From an uncultured Phocaeicola sp. (GTDB taxonomy: Bacteria > Bacteroidota > Bacteroidia > Bacteroidales > Bacteroidaceae), in assembly GCA_948579315.1 (NCBI GenBank), contig CAPAOL010000015.1, positions 588 to 64,587 on the forward strand: a stretch of 64,000 bases of DNA. The letters run 5' to 3'. This document shows, piece after piece, positions 21,516 to 31,469 of the stretch (position 1 is the first letter of the stretch; each line of letters opens with the position of its first letter). A model generated the notes under the pieces. The model worked only from the letters and a program-made list of their open reading frames with translations. It was not told where the DNA came from and did no database searches. The translations under genes were made by a program, and so were the position numbers.

Positions 21516-23903
21516 ATGGTAAAAAGACAGTTACAAAGGATCAGTTTAGGCTCTCTTTTTTTTATAATCGGAGCGATATCTATCTTTGCACAACCTAAGA
21601 CAATGGTATCCGGTAAAGTAATATCCAAAGAAAAACAGGAAGTCGTAGATTTTGCAACCGTATATTTGAAGGGTACAACTTATGGCTGTACAACGAATGA
21701 AGAAGGTATCTATCATCTTCATGCACCGGCAGGGAAATACACGCTAGTTGTTTCGGCTATAGGATATAAGACTATAGAAAAGCCTGTAACTTTAGTTCAT
21801 GGTGAAAGAATTAAGATGAATGTAATGATTGACCCGTCAGTGACTGAGTTGGGTGAAGTGGTAGTGGTGTCTAACGGGGTTTCCCGTGTGAAACGTTCCG
21901 CATTCAATGCGATAGCTGTAGATACAAAAGAATTCCAGAATTCTACCAAGAATCTGAGTGATGCTTTGGCTAAAGCTCCGGGAATGAAACTCCGTGAGTC
22001 GGGTGGGGTAGGTTCGGATATGCAATTGATGTTGGATGGTTTCAGTGGCAAACATGTGAAGATATTTATTGACGGTGTACCTCAGGAGGGAGTAGGGAGC
22101 TCTTTTGGCCTAAATAATATTCCTGTGAATTTTGCAGATAGGATTGAAGTGTATAAAGGGGTGGTTCCTGTAGGATTTGGCACGGATGCTATAGGTGGTG
22201 TTATCAATATTGTAACCAATAAGAAGAAACGTAATTGGTTTTTGGATGGCTCCTATTCATACGGTTCGTTCAATACGCATAAATCGTATGTGAATTTCGG
22301 ACAAACTTTCAAAAATGGCTTTACTTATGAAATAAATGCTTTCCAAAACTATTCGGATAATGATTATCAGGTGGATGCACCGGTAGAGGACTTTGAAACC
22401 GGAAGAATTGATAAAGATAAAAAGATACGTGTGAGACGCTTTAATGATACCTATCATAATGAGGCGGTTATAGGTAAGATGGGTATTGTGGATAAGAAAT
22501 GGGCAGACAGATTGATGTTGGGCTTTACTTATTCACACATGTATAAGGAGATACAGACCGGAGTACGTCAGGAAATAGTCTATGGGGAAAAACATCGTAA
22601 AGGATATTCGTTGATGCCGTCATTGGAATATAGTAAGCGTGGCTTATTCATCAAAGGTCTGGATGTGGCATTGACTGCCAATTATAATAAAAATGCAACG
22701 ACAAATATAGATACAGCTTCCTATAAGTACAATTGGTTGGGTGATAGAAAATTAATGAACTCACCCGGTGAACAATCCAATCAATATTCACGGGCGGATA
22801 ATAACAATTGGAATGGAACATTAACCGTTAATTACCGTCTGGCGAAAATACATATGCTGACCTTTAATCATGTGTTGAATACTTTCCGCCGTTCTAACAC
22901 TTCTTTATTGGCTAAGATGGAATCGGAGGATGCCATAGCTAAAGAAACCCATAAGAATATCTCCGGATTGTCCTATCGGTTGATGCCGTCTGATAATTGG
23001 AATCTCTCAGTATTTGGAAAATATTATAGTTTGTATGTGGCAGGTCCTATGGCTACGACTACGAATCAAGATGATTATGTCCGTACTACCCGAAACATGA
23101 ATTCCATAGGATATGGAGCTGCGGGAACTTATTTCATTCTACCCGGTTTGCAGGCGAAATTGTCATATGAAAAAGCATATCGTCTGCCTACTATTGAAGA
23201 AATGTTTGGAGATGAGGATTTGGAAATGGGAGATATCAGTATAAAACCGGAGAGTAGTGATAATTTGAATTTTAATTTGAGCTATAACAGAACATTTGGC
23301 AGGCATTCTGTATATATGGAAGGTGGAGTGATTTATCGGAATACAAAAGATTATATTCAGCGTAATATTGCGGATTTGAGTGGTGGTAAATATGCCGCGA
23401 AATATATTAATTACGGTAAAGTATTGACGAAAGGATATACTGTTTCTGCTCGTTACGGTTTTGGTAATTGGGTGAGTATAGGAGGTAATTTTACCAAAAT
23501 GGATGTACGCGACAATATGAAAACATCTATTTCCAGCAGTGCGGAAAATCTGGCTTATAAAGAACGGATGCCGAATCTGCCCTATATGTTTGCTGATTCG
23601 GATGTTACTTTTTATTGGCGGGATTTAGGAAGGAAAGGCAATATGTTGACAGTGTCTTATGATAATCAATATCTGCATAGCTTTACTTATTATTCTTCCC
23701 GAATAGGCTCAAATAAAGGGGACTATGTGGTACCTGATCAATTCTCGCACAATATATCCTTTTCTTATAGTTTGCAAAAAGGACGATATAACGTATCATT
23801 GGAATGTCGTAACTTCACAGATGAGAAGTTATATGATAATTTTAGTCTTCAGAAGGCCGGTAGGGCTTTTTATGGTAAACTGCGTGTTTGTTTCGGTAAT
23901 TAA
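21516..23903 (+). CDS. TonB-dependent receptor, XusA-like iron/xenosiderophore transporter
   Basis: N-terminal extension, plug (RIEVYKG..DAIGGVINIVT), non-SusC barrel; followed by lipoprotein and PepSY-TM genes. Confidence 0.85.
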   Translation: MVKRQLQRISLGSLFFIIGAISIFAQPKTMVSGKVISKEKQEVVDFATVYLKGTTYGCTTNEEGIYHLHAPAGKYTLVVSAIGYKTIEKPVTLVHGERIKMNVMIDPSVTELGEVVVVSNGVSRVKRSAFNAIAVDTKEFQNSTKNLSDALAKAPGMKLRESGGVGSDMQLMLDGFSGKHVKIFIDGVPQEGVGSSFGLNNIPVNFADRIEVYKGVVPVGFGTDAIGGVINIVTNKKKRNWFLDGSYSYGSFNTHKSYVNFGQTFKNGFTYEINAFQNYSDNDYQVDAPVEDFETGRIDKDKKIRVRRFNDTYHNEAVIGKMGIVDKKWADRLMLGFTYSHMYKEIQTGVRQEIVYGEKHRKGYSLMPSLEYSKRGLFIKGLDVALTANYNKNATTNIDTASYKYNWLGDRKLMNSPGEQSNQYSRADNNNWNGTLTVNYRLAKIHMLTFNHVLNTFRRSNTSLLAKMESEDAIAKETHKNISGLSYRLMPSDNWNLSVFGKYYSLYVAGPMATTTNQDDYVRTTRNMNSIGYGAAGTYFILPGLQAKLSYEKAYRLPTIEEMFGDEDLEMGDISIKPESSDNLNFNLSYNRTFGRHSVYMEGGVIYRNTKDYIQRNIADLSGGKYAAKYINYGKVLTKGYTVSARYGFGNWVSIGGNFTKMDVRDNMKTSISSSAENLAYKERMPNLPYMFADSDVTFYWRDLGRKGNMLTVSYDNQYLHSFTYYSSRIGSNKGDYVVPDQFSHNISFSYSLQKGRYNVSLECRNFTDEKLYDNFSLQKAGRAFYGKLRVCFGN

Positions 23904-23960
23904 AGAATTGGAAAAAGGAGTTTATAATTAATTGGGTTTTAAATTAAATAGAAGAATAAA

Positions 23961-25361
23961 ATGAAGAAAGATTTCTTTTTGAACGGATTTGCTGCTATTG
24001 CCATAGTAGGAATGGCGTTGAGTGCATGTACGGATAATGAGCCGGATTACGGTTCGGGTACCGAGGCTAAAGGTGAGTATGTTATTGCATCATCGGTCAC
24101 AGCGTCTGGAAATACAACGAATGTGCTGCTTACTTCTGAAACGTTGGATAAAGGTACTGTTTCTACAGTGAATAATGGTCTTGTGAATGATGGTGCAACT
24201 CAATGGGTGTTTTACAAGAATCAATATCTTTATGCACTGACTTATAATCAAGGGAATGCAGGTACGACCCGTTCTTATATCATGGATTCAAATAATGAAG
24301 TAAAGGCTCGTTCGGGGGAGTTTGCCGTAAAGAGATTTACTACTTACGGTATTTATGATAAATATATCATGACCTCGTCTACCGGTGACGGACCTACTGC
24401 GTATGCTGATGAGAATGGATATTTACCAAAAATGTTTTTGCTTTCTTATTTGGACGTATCTGCTGAAACATTTACCACGAATGATACTCAAAATAAGGCT
24501 TATATGTCCGAAAACTTCCTGGGAAATGGAGAATATGTAACATTGGCCGGCATATTGGAACGAAATAATAAACTGTATAGCGCTGCTATTCCAATGGGGT
24601 TAAGTCAATATGGTTCGGCTACTGACGGGGGAAAGTGGATACTTCCCGGCAATGAGGATTTGGTAAAGACAGAAGATGGTGGTTCCAACAGCAGCAGTTA
24701 TAAAAAAGGTGAATTGCAATGGACGCAATATCCCAATAAATGCTGGGTGGCTATTTTTGATGATGAAACGCTGACAAATAAAAAAATCATAGAAACAGAT
24801 AAGATCAGTTATGCTTGCGGGCGTTTTAAATCACAGTATTATCAAACGATTTGGGCGGCAGATAATGGTGATATTTATGTATTTTCTCCTAGTTATGCCA
24901 AAACAATGGCTGATAAACGGCAACAGACTACCTTGGATGCCGGAGTAGTACGTATAAAGGCTGGAACAGAAGAGTTTGATCCTGATTATTATTATAGTAT
25001 CGAAGCGCAGACCGGAGGTAAATCTTTCATTCGTTGTTGGCATATTACGGGAGATTATTTCCTGTTGCTGATGTATGATCGTCCCTTGACTGAAACTGGT
25101 TTCACTGCTAATCAGTTAGCAATATATAAAGGAGAAACCGGAAAACTGACTTATGTAACCGGTTTGCCTTCTGCCGATTTGATCTCCGGCTTTGGTAATA
25201 CTCCGTATGTGGAGAATGGATATGCCTATATGGCTGTAACTACAACAGAAGGATATCCGTCTATTTATAAAATAGATCTGGTTGGTGCGGTAGCGACAAA
25301 GGGTGTTTCTATAGAAGCGACACAAATCAGTGGCGTCGGTAAACTGCAACCTCAGAACTGA
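23961..25361 (+). CDS. DUF4374-type surface lipoprotein (XusB-like)
   Basis: Lipobox [31 protein letters not shown]; synteny TBDT-lipoprotein-PepSY. Confidence 0.8.
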   Translation: MKKDFFLNGFAAIAIVGMALSACTDNEPDYGSGTEAKGEYVIASSVTASGNTTNVLLTSETLDKGTVSTVNNGLVNDGATQWVFYKNQYLYALTYNQGNAGTTRSYIMDSNNEVKARSGEFAVKRFTTYGIYDKYIMTSSTGDGPTAYADENGYLPKMFLLSYLDVSAETFTTNDTQNKAYMSENFLGNGEYVTLAGILERNNKLYSAAIPMGLSQYGSATDGGKWILPGNEDLVKTEDGGSNSSSYKKGELQWTQYPNKCWVAIFDDETLTNKKIIETDKISYACGRFKSQYYQTIWAADNGDIYVFSPSYAKTMADKRQQTTLDAGVVRIKAGTEEFDPDYYYSIEAQTGGKSFIRCWHITGDYFLLLMYDRPLTETGFTANQLAIYKGETGKLTYVTGLPSADLISGFGNTPYVENGYAYMAVTTTEGYPSIYKIDLVGAVATKGVSIEATQISGVGKLQPQN

Positions 25362-25381
25362 GTATTGTAATAATATAATGG

Positions 25382-25419
25382 GAGTCTGCGGGCAGTATGT
25401 GCTTATGCAGACTCTTTTT
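25382..25419 (+). terminator. Intra-operon hairpin/terminator before the PepSY gene
   Basis: GAGTCTGC...GCAGACTC followed by TTTTT. Confidence 0.6.
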
Positions 25420-25440
25420 ATGAATCGTATCGAAGATTTT

Positions 25441-26574
25441 ATGAAGAAAATATTTCGCCAAATACATCTTTGGCTTTCTGTTCCTTTCGGGTTAATCATT
25501 TCCTTGATTTGCTTCTCGGGAGCCATGTTGGTTTTTGAAAATGAAGTGGTGGAACTGACCAGGCATGAGCTCTATTATGTAAAAAAGGTAGAGACAGTTC
25601 CACTTTCTGTTGATCGATTATTGGAAGAGGTAGAACTCACGTTGCCCGACAGTGTGTCTGTGACAGGAATCAGTGTTTTCTCTGACCCGGAACGTGCTTG
25701 GCAGGTGAATTTGTCCAAGCCTCGTCGTGCTTCCGTGTATGTGGATCCATATACTGGTGAGATTAAAGGTAAATATGAACGTCCTGCATTTTTTGTGACT
25801 ATGTTCAGGCTGCATCGCTGGCTGTTGGACAGTATGAAAGCGGATGGTGGAGTCTTCTGGGGAAAAATGATTGTAGGTGTCAGCACCCTGTTGTTTGTCG
25901 TGGTTTTGATATCGGGTATCGTTATCTGGTGGCCTCGTACACGAAAAGCCTTGAAAAATAGTTTAAGAATATCTGTCGGCAGGGGCTTTAGAAGATTTTG
26001 GTATGACCTGCATGTTGCAGGTGGTATGTATGCGCTGTTTTTTTTGTTGGCTATGGCCCTTACCGGGCTAACATGGTCTTTTGGATGGTATCGGACAGGT
26101 TTCTATAAAGTGTTTGGCGTGGAAGTACAGCAGGGAGGTGCTCATGGTGGGGTGACCCGGCGTGGGGGGAAAGGCGGCGACCAATCCGGAAAGAATGTTT
26201 CTCATTCTTCGTCCTATGTTTGTTGGCAACAAGTTTATGAACAATTAGCCCTGAATAATCCCGGCTACAAGCAGATAACCTTATCAGATGGGGCAGCAAA
26301 TGTCTCTTTCAATACCTTCGGTAATCAACGTGCTTCCGATCGTTATAAATTCAATCCTCATAGTGGTAAGATTGATAAGGTAGTTTTATATAAAGATGCT
26401 GAGAAGGCTGGAAAGATTCGCGGATGGATCTATTCTGTACATGTTGGTAGTTGGGGCGGTATGCTTACCCGTTTACTGACGTTTATAGCAGCTTTGATAG
26501 GAGCCACCTTGCCATTGACAGGATACTATTTATGGATAAAACGTATTTGGAGAAAGAAAGTAAGAGTAAGTTGA
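25441..26574 (+). CDS. PepSY-associated TM helix protein (XusC-like, putative ferric reductase)
   Basis: HLWLS..LIIS..SG, VDPYTGE, LHRWL, DLHVAGG, SVHVG repeats; start MKKIFRQIH at 25441. Confidence 0.88.
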   Translation: MKKIFRQIHLWLSVPFGLIISLICFSGAMLVFENEVVELTRHELYYVKKVETVPLSVDRLLEEVELTLPDSVSVTGISVFSDPERAWQVNLSKPRRASVYVDPYTGEIKGKYERPAFFVTMFRLHRWLLDSMKADGGVFWGKMIVGVSTLLFVVVLISGIVIWWPRTRKALKNSLRISVGRGFRRFWYDLHVAGGMYALFFLLAMALTGLTWSFGWYRTGFYKVFGVEVQQGGAHGGVTRRGGKGGDQSGKNVSHSSSYVCWQQVYEQLALNNPGYKQITLSDGAANVSFNTFGNQRASDRYKFNPHSGKIDKVVLYKDAEKAGKIRGWIYSVHVGSWGGMLTRLLTFIAALIGATLPLTGYYLWIKRIWRKKVRVS

Positions 26575-26611
26575 ATATCTTTGTTATAAAATTAGGGGGC
26601 GAAAAGAATTT

Positions 26612-26652
26612 TATCATATGACCTGTTGTCGTGAATGACAGGTCATATGATA
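26612..26652. terminator. Bidirectional terminator between PepSY gene and corA
   Basis: TATCATATGACCTGT ... ACAGGTCATATGATA 15-bp inverted repeat between convergent genes. Confidence 0.75.
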
Positions 26653-26667
26653 TTGTTACAGGATTTT

Positions 26668-27591
26668 TTAGAACCACTTTATCTTTCTGAAAATAACAAA
26701 AGCCAACGCAGACAATGTGATGGATGCCAAAATAATAAAACTAAAAGCATGTGGTAATGCATCTACATGTACATCTACATTCATTCCATAGAAACTAGCT
26801 ATTAATGTGGGTACCATCAGAATGATGGAAATACTGGTCATGCGTTTCATGATGGTGTTCACATTGTTGGATATGATGGAAGCAAATGCGTCCATGGTTC
26901 CGGTTAAGATATCACTGTAGATATTAACCGTGTTATATGCTTGTTTTAATTCAATAACTACATCTTCTACCAAATCGCGGTTTTGATAATCTTTTTCCTG
27001 GAAGATACTTTGCAATTTACCTACCATCACCTCATTTCCACGAATGGACGTATTGAAATAAACCAATGTTTTTTGTAGTTTCATCAATCTGAGCAGGTCC
27101 TCATTACGTATGCTCCTTTCCAATTCTTTTTCTGCGGCAGCTACATCATTGTTTATTTGCTTCAGATATTTCAAGAACCATACGGCAGATGAGTAAATTA
27201 ACCGTAAAATCAATTCAAATTTATTAGGCACAATGATTCCTTTACGTCGGGTGTGGTCAATAAAATCAGGAATCATTTCAGTGGAGTGATAACACACGGT
27301 AACAATGATTTCATTGTTTGTAATGATACCGATGGGGATAGTGATATAAGGGATGCTTCCCTGTTGTTGCAGGGGGATTCGGATAATGGTCAGTAGCCAG
27401 TTGTCTTCCGTATCCGTTCGCGGACGTTCATCCATATCGGCGATGTCCTCTAAAAAAGCTTCGGGAACTTTTAATTCTTTAGTCAGAAACTCAAAATCAC
27501 TTTGGTCGGGGCATTCTACATTCACCCAGCAGTTTGGCATCCATTGTGGCTTTTCTACAAAGCCATTCTCACAATAAAGATATTTTCTCAT
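26668..27591 (-). CDS. corA: CorA-family Mg2+/Co2+ transporter
   Basis: ERPR, PTLIASFYGMNV (GMN signature), two C-terminal TM helices; start MRKYLYC at 27591. Confidence 0.93.
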   Translation of the reverse strand: MRKYLYCENGFVEKPQWMPNCWVNVECPDQSDFEFLTKELKVPEAFLEDIADMDERPRTDTEDNWLLTIIRIPLQQQGSIPYITIPIGIITNNEIIVTVCYHSTEMIPDFIDHTRRKGIIVPNKFELILRLIYSSAVWFLKYLKQINNDVAAAEKELERSIRNEDLLRLMKLQKTLVYFNTSIRGNEVMVGKLQSIFQEKDYQNRDLVEDVVIELKQAYNTVNIYSDILTGTMDAFASIISNNVNTIMKRMTSISIILMVPTLIASFYGMNVDVHVDALPHAFSFIILASITLSALAFVIFRKIKWF

Positions 27592-27658
27592 CTTATTGCC
27601 TCCTTTCGTTCGTTTATATCCGTTCAGAGGCATTCAGAGTAGTGATTGCCCTGTCGGA

Positions 27659-27700
27659 TCAGTTAATACTATTGCACGTTCGTGGTATTGAATCGTCCAT
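27659..27700 (-). CDS. Putative corA leader peptide MDDSIPRTCNSIN
   Basis: ATG 27700 after A-rich leader, TGA 27661-27659; lies between promoter TACTTTTG (27739-27732) and corA. Confidence 0.55.
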   Translation of the reverse strand: MDDSIPRTCNSIN

Positions 27701-27731
27701 TTTTATTGATTGTTTTTTGTTTAAAGCGGTA

Positions 27732-27739
27732 CAAAAGTA
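27732..27739 (-). promoter_or_regulatory. -7 promoter box of the corA leader (TACTTTTG)
   Basis: Exact TAnnTTTG on the minus strand. Confidence 0.65.
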
Positions 27740-27961
27740 CATAAAACCTTTAAAGGACAGACAGAAGTCAGGAGGCTTTTATATTTTTTTTAAGAATATC
27801 ACCGGAAAGCAATCAGTGCCCGAGCAATGATGGTTTTGTCGCCATAGCACAGTTCTAACGTACTGTGTTTACCGATTAAGTTCCCTGGCGGAAACTATTG
27901 TTGTTAAAACATTTAGCATCCTTTTAATTACATGCAAAATTCACTTAAAAAATCGTTTGTC

Positions 27962-28043
27962 CAATACCTATTTATGATGAATCTTGTTCTATATAATCCT
28001 AATAATTAGGTATTGTGGAAGGTGCTGAAGTCGGTTACCTTTG
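27962..28043 (+). promoter_or_regulatory. ahpCF promoter (TACCTTTG 28036-28043) with upstream 14-bp inverted repeat
   Basis: CAATACCTATTTAT (27962-27975) / ATAATTAGGTATTG (28002-28015), 1 mismatch. Confidence 0.55.
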
Positions 28044-28097
28044 CAAATGTAATAATTACAATTTAAAAATCAGTTTTAATTTAAAAATAAAAAGAGT

Positions 28098-28664
28098 ATG
28101 GAACCAATTATTAATTCACAAGTTCCTGAATTTAAAGTTCAGGCATTCCATAATGGAGAGTTTAAAACCGTAACTAATAAAGATATTGAAGGTAAATGGG
28201 CTATTTTCTTCTTCTATCCTGCTGACTTTACGTTTGTATGCCCTACCGAACTTGTAGATATTGCTGAAAAGTATAATCAGTTCAAAGAAATGGGAGTGGA
28301 AGTATATTCTGTAAGCACCGATTCACATTTCGTTCATAAAGCATGGCATGATGCGTCTGAAAGTATCCGCAAAATCACTTATCCGATGTTGGCAGATCCT
28401 ACAGGTGCTTTGTCGCGTGCATTTGGTGTGATGATTGAAGAAGACGGTATGGCTTATCGTGGTACTTTTGTAGTGAATCCCGAAGGCAAGATCAAATTAG
28501 CTGAAATTCAGGACAACAGCATCGGGCGTAATGCTGATGAACTTCTTCGTAAGGTAGAAGCTGCCCAGTTTGTAGCCACTCATGATGGTGAGGTTTGTCC
28601 TGCTAAATGGAAGAAAGGTGCTGAGACCTTGAAACCGAGTATTGATTTGGTAGGTAAAATTTAA
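28098..28664 (+). CDS. ahpC: Alkyl hydroperoxide reductase subunit C (2-Cys peroxiredoxin)
   Basis: FYPADFTFVCPTE and GEVCPAKW. Confidence 0.98.
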   Translation: MEPIINSQVPEFKVQAFHNGEFKTVTNKDIEGKWAIFFFYPADFTFVCPTELVDIAEKYNQFKEMGVEVYSVSTDSHFVHKAWHDASESIRKITYPMLADPTGALSRAFGVMIEEDGMAYRGTFVVNPEGKIKLAEIQDNSIGRNADELLRKVEAAQFVATHDGEVCPAKWKKGAETLKPSIDLVGKI

Positions 28665-28676
28665 AGTATAGAACTC

Positions 28677-30227
28677 ATGTTAGATAGTGCGATAAAAGAT
28701 CAGTTAAAAGGTCTTTTTGCCCAATTGGAAGCGCACTATACTTTTGACATCTTTGTCCACCCTCAGCACGAAAGTCGTGCCGAGTTGGTGGACTTGTTGG
28801 AAGAAGTGGCTTCCTGTTCGGATAAACTTTCCTGTCGGTTGCAGGATAGTGAAGGGCTGAAGTTTATCCTTTTAAAAGAAGGAAAGGATACGGGAATCAC
28901 ATTTCGTGCCGTACCTGGTGGTCATGAATTTACTTCTTTGTTGATGGCTGTTCTGAATGCTGACGGCAAAGGAAAGAATTTTCCGGACGAGTTTATTACC
29001 AGACGTATCAAGGCATTACAGGGGCCGATTAGTTTGACCACCTATTTGTCTCTCACCTGTACCAATTGTCCCGATGTGGTTCAAGCTTTGAATATGATGG
29101 TACTTCTGAATGGTCAGATACGCCATGAGGCAGTAGATGGATCTATAAATGAAGAAGAAGTAGAACGGATGAAAGTACAGGCCGTTCCTACTGTATTTGC
29201 TGATGGTGAACAGATTCATGTGGGGCGTAGCAGTATGGGGGATCTGTTGGAGAAGCTGGAAGCCCGTTACGGTTCGGTGGAATTGGAAGCTGTTGAGACA
29301 AAAGAATATGATGTACTGGTAGCCGGTGCTGGTCCTGCCGGTGCGACAGCTGCTATCTACTCGGCTCGTAAAGGGTTGAAAGTAGCAATAATAGCCGAGC
29401 GTATTGGTGGACAAGTCAATGAAACGATGGGGATTGAGAACTTGATATCTGTGCCTCAGACTACCGGTAAACAGTTGGCCCAGGATCTGAAAAAACATTT
29501 GGCGGAATATCATATTGATATTTTAGAAAATCGCCGGATAGAGAAAGTGGAAGTGGCAGAGGGCATGAAAGTGTTGTCTGTGAAAGGTGGAGAAACGTAT
29601 AAGGCTCCCGTATTGATCATTGCTACCGGGGCGAATTGGAGAAAATTGAATGTTCCCGGTGAAGAAAAATACATCGGTCATGGAGTTGCTTTCTGTCCTC
29701 ATTGTGACGGACCATTTTATAAAGATAAGGAAGTAGCAGTCATAGGTGGTGGAAACTCCGGGGTTGAGGCTGCTATTGATTTGGCGGGAGTCTGTTCCAA
29801 AGTGACTGTATTCGAATTCATGGATACTTTGAAAGCGGATACTGTTTTGCAGGAGAAAGCTAAAAGCCTGCCCAATGTGGATATTATTACTAATACTCAA
29901 ACGGTAGAGGTGTTAGGAAACGGTGATAAAGTGGTGGGGCTTATAAAGAAAGACCGTTCATCCGAAAAAGAAGAGATCTTTGCCTTGGATGGTATTTTTG
30001 TCCAAATAGGTTTGACTGCCAATAGCACTTTGTTTAAAGAATTGCTGGAAACGAACCGCATGGGTGAAATTCTGACTGATAAAAATGGCCGGACCTCTGT
30101 AAAAGGTATCTATGCTGCCGGAGATGTAACGGATGTTTCCTATAAACAGATAGTTATAGCAATGGGGGAAGGCGCCAAGGCTGCTTTAGCTGCATTCGAA
30201 GACCGGATGCGCGGAACGATTTATTAG
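28677..30227 (+). CDS. ahpF: Alkyl hydroperoxide reductase subunit F
   Basis: GHEFTSL, CTNCPDVVQALN, GAGPAG, FCPHCDG, GGGNSG, AAGD. Confidence 0.97.
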   Translation: MLDSAIKDQLKGLFAQLEAHYTFDIFVHPQHESRAELVDLLEEVASCSDKLSCRLQDSEGLKFILLKEGKDTGITFRAVPGGHEFTSLLMAVLNADGKGKNFPDEFITRRIKALQGPISLTTYLSLTCTNCPDVVQALNMMVLLNGQIRHEAVDGSINEEEVERMKVQAVPTVFADGEQIHVGRSSMGDLLEKLEARYGSVELEAVETKEYDVLVAGAGPAGATAAIYSARKGLKVAIIAERIGGQVNETMGIENLISVPQTTGKQLAQDLKKHLAEYHIDILENRRIEKVEVAEGMKVLSVKGGETYKAPVLIIATGANWRKLNVPGEEKYIGHGVAFCPHCDGPFYKDKEVAVIGGGNSGVEAAIDLAGVCSKVTVFEFMDTLKADTVLQEKAKSLPNVDIITNTQTVEVLGNGDKVVGLIKKDRSSEKEEIFALDGIFVQIGLTANSTLFKELLETNRMGEILTDKNGRTSVKGIYAAGDVTDVSYKQIVIAMGEGAKAALAAFEDRMRGTIY

Positions 30228-30296
30228 TGATAAGTGGTTGGTGGTGAATAGTGGGTGCATATCGCAGTATTTACCACTAATCTTATCACTAAAAAA
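30224..30296 (+). terminator. Long hairpin after ahpF
   Basis: TTAGTGATAAG..GTGGTGAATA .. TATTTACCAC..CTTATCACTAA. Confidence 0.55.
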
Positions 30297-30366
30297 TGCA
30301 CTCTTTGTATGTATATTGGTGAGAATATGCTTTCTTTGTAGGTGAATCACCGTTTACAGCATTGAT

Positions 30367-31389
30367 ATGGCAGAATCGAGACGTACTTCATTGAAAGATT
30401 TGGCACAGATATTAGGTGTATCCATACCTACAGTATCCCGTGCCTTGAAAAATAGTCCCGAAATCAGTCGGGAACTTTGTATTAAAGCTCAAAAATTGGC
30501 AAAAGAGATGAATTATCACCCCAATCCTTTTGCTATGAGTCTCCGGAAAAATACTCCCCGTACCATTGGAGTAATTGTACCTGATATTGTTACTTATTTC
30601 TTTGCGTCTATTTTAAGTGGTATAGAAGATACCGCTATAGCAAACGGCTATTTTGTTATCATCACGACTTCCCATGAGTCATACGACCATGAGAAAAGAA
30701 ATATTGAGAATTTGGTCAATATGCATGTGGAAGGTATTATAGGTTGTTTATCTCAAGAAACAACAGATTATGCCCATTGGTTGAGTTTGGATGATATGAA
30801 TATGCCGCTTGTTCTATTTGATCGTGTTTGCATGCCTGACCGTTTTTCTACGGTAGTGGCTGATGGAGTATATTCTGCTCAGATGGCGACACAGCACTTG
30901 TTGGATCATGGAAGCAAACGGATTGCTTTTATCGGTGGTGCAAACCATCTGGATATAGTAAGAAAGAGAAAACATGGTTACCTTGAAGCGTTAAGGGAAA
31001 ATAAGATACCTATTGAGAAAGATTTGGTTGTGTGTCGGAAAATTGATTTTGAAGAAGGGAAAATAGCTACAGAAATTTTATTATCGCTTCCGGAGCCTCC
31101 CGATGCAATTCTTGCCATGAATGATACATTGGCATTTGCCGCTATGGAAGTGATTAGAAATCATAATCTTCGTATTCCTCAGGATATAGCGCTTATTGGG
31201 TATACAGATGAGCAACATGCCAATTATGTAGTGCCTCGCCTTTCGGCCGTCTCGCATCAGACTTATAAGATGGGGGAAGCCGCATGTCAGATGTTGATTG
31301 ATAAGATTAAGGGAGATAAAAAAATCAGGCAAATCATTATTCCTACTTGTTTGCAGGTGAGGGAAAGCAGTATAAAAAGGAAGGATTGA
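30367..31389 (+). CDS. LacI-family transcriptional regulator
   Basis: HTH SLKDLAQILGVSIPTVSRAL, YHPN, periplasmic-binding-like sugar domain. Confidence 0.95.
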   Translation: MAESRRTSLKDLAQILGVSIPTVSRALKNSPEISRELCIKAQKLAKEMNYHPNPFAMSLRKNTPRTIGVIVPDIVTYFFASILSGIEDTAIANGYFVIITTSHESYDHEKRNIENLVNMHVEGIIGCLSQETTDYAHWLSLDDMNMPLVLFDRVCMPDRFSTVVADGVYSAQMATQHLLDHGSKRIAFIGGANHLDIVRKRKHGYLEALRENKIPIEKDLVVCRKIDFEEGKIATEILLSLPEPPDAILAMNDTLAFAAMEVIRNHNLRIPQDIALIGYTDEQHANYVVPRLSAVSHQTYKMGEAACQMLIDKIKGDKKIRQIIIPTCLQVRESSIKRKD

Positions 31390-31410
31390 GAACCGAAATG
31401 TATTTTAAGA

Positions 31411-31456
31411 AGAGAATAAGGCTGAACTCTTCACAAAGAGCCAACCTTATTTCTTT
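31411..31456. terminator. Bidirectional terminator between LacI and GH30
   Basis: AATAAGG..CTCT..AGAG..CCTTATT imperfect stem between convergent genes. Confidence 0.55.
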
Positions 31457-31469
31457 ATATATTGGAGTA

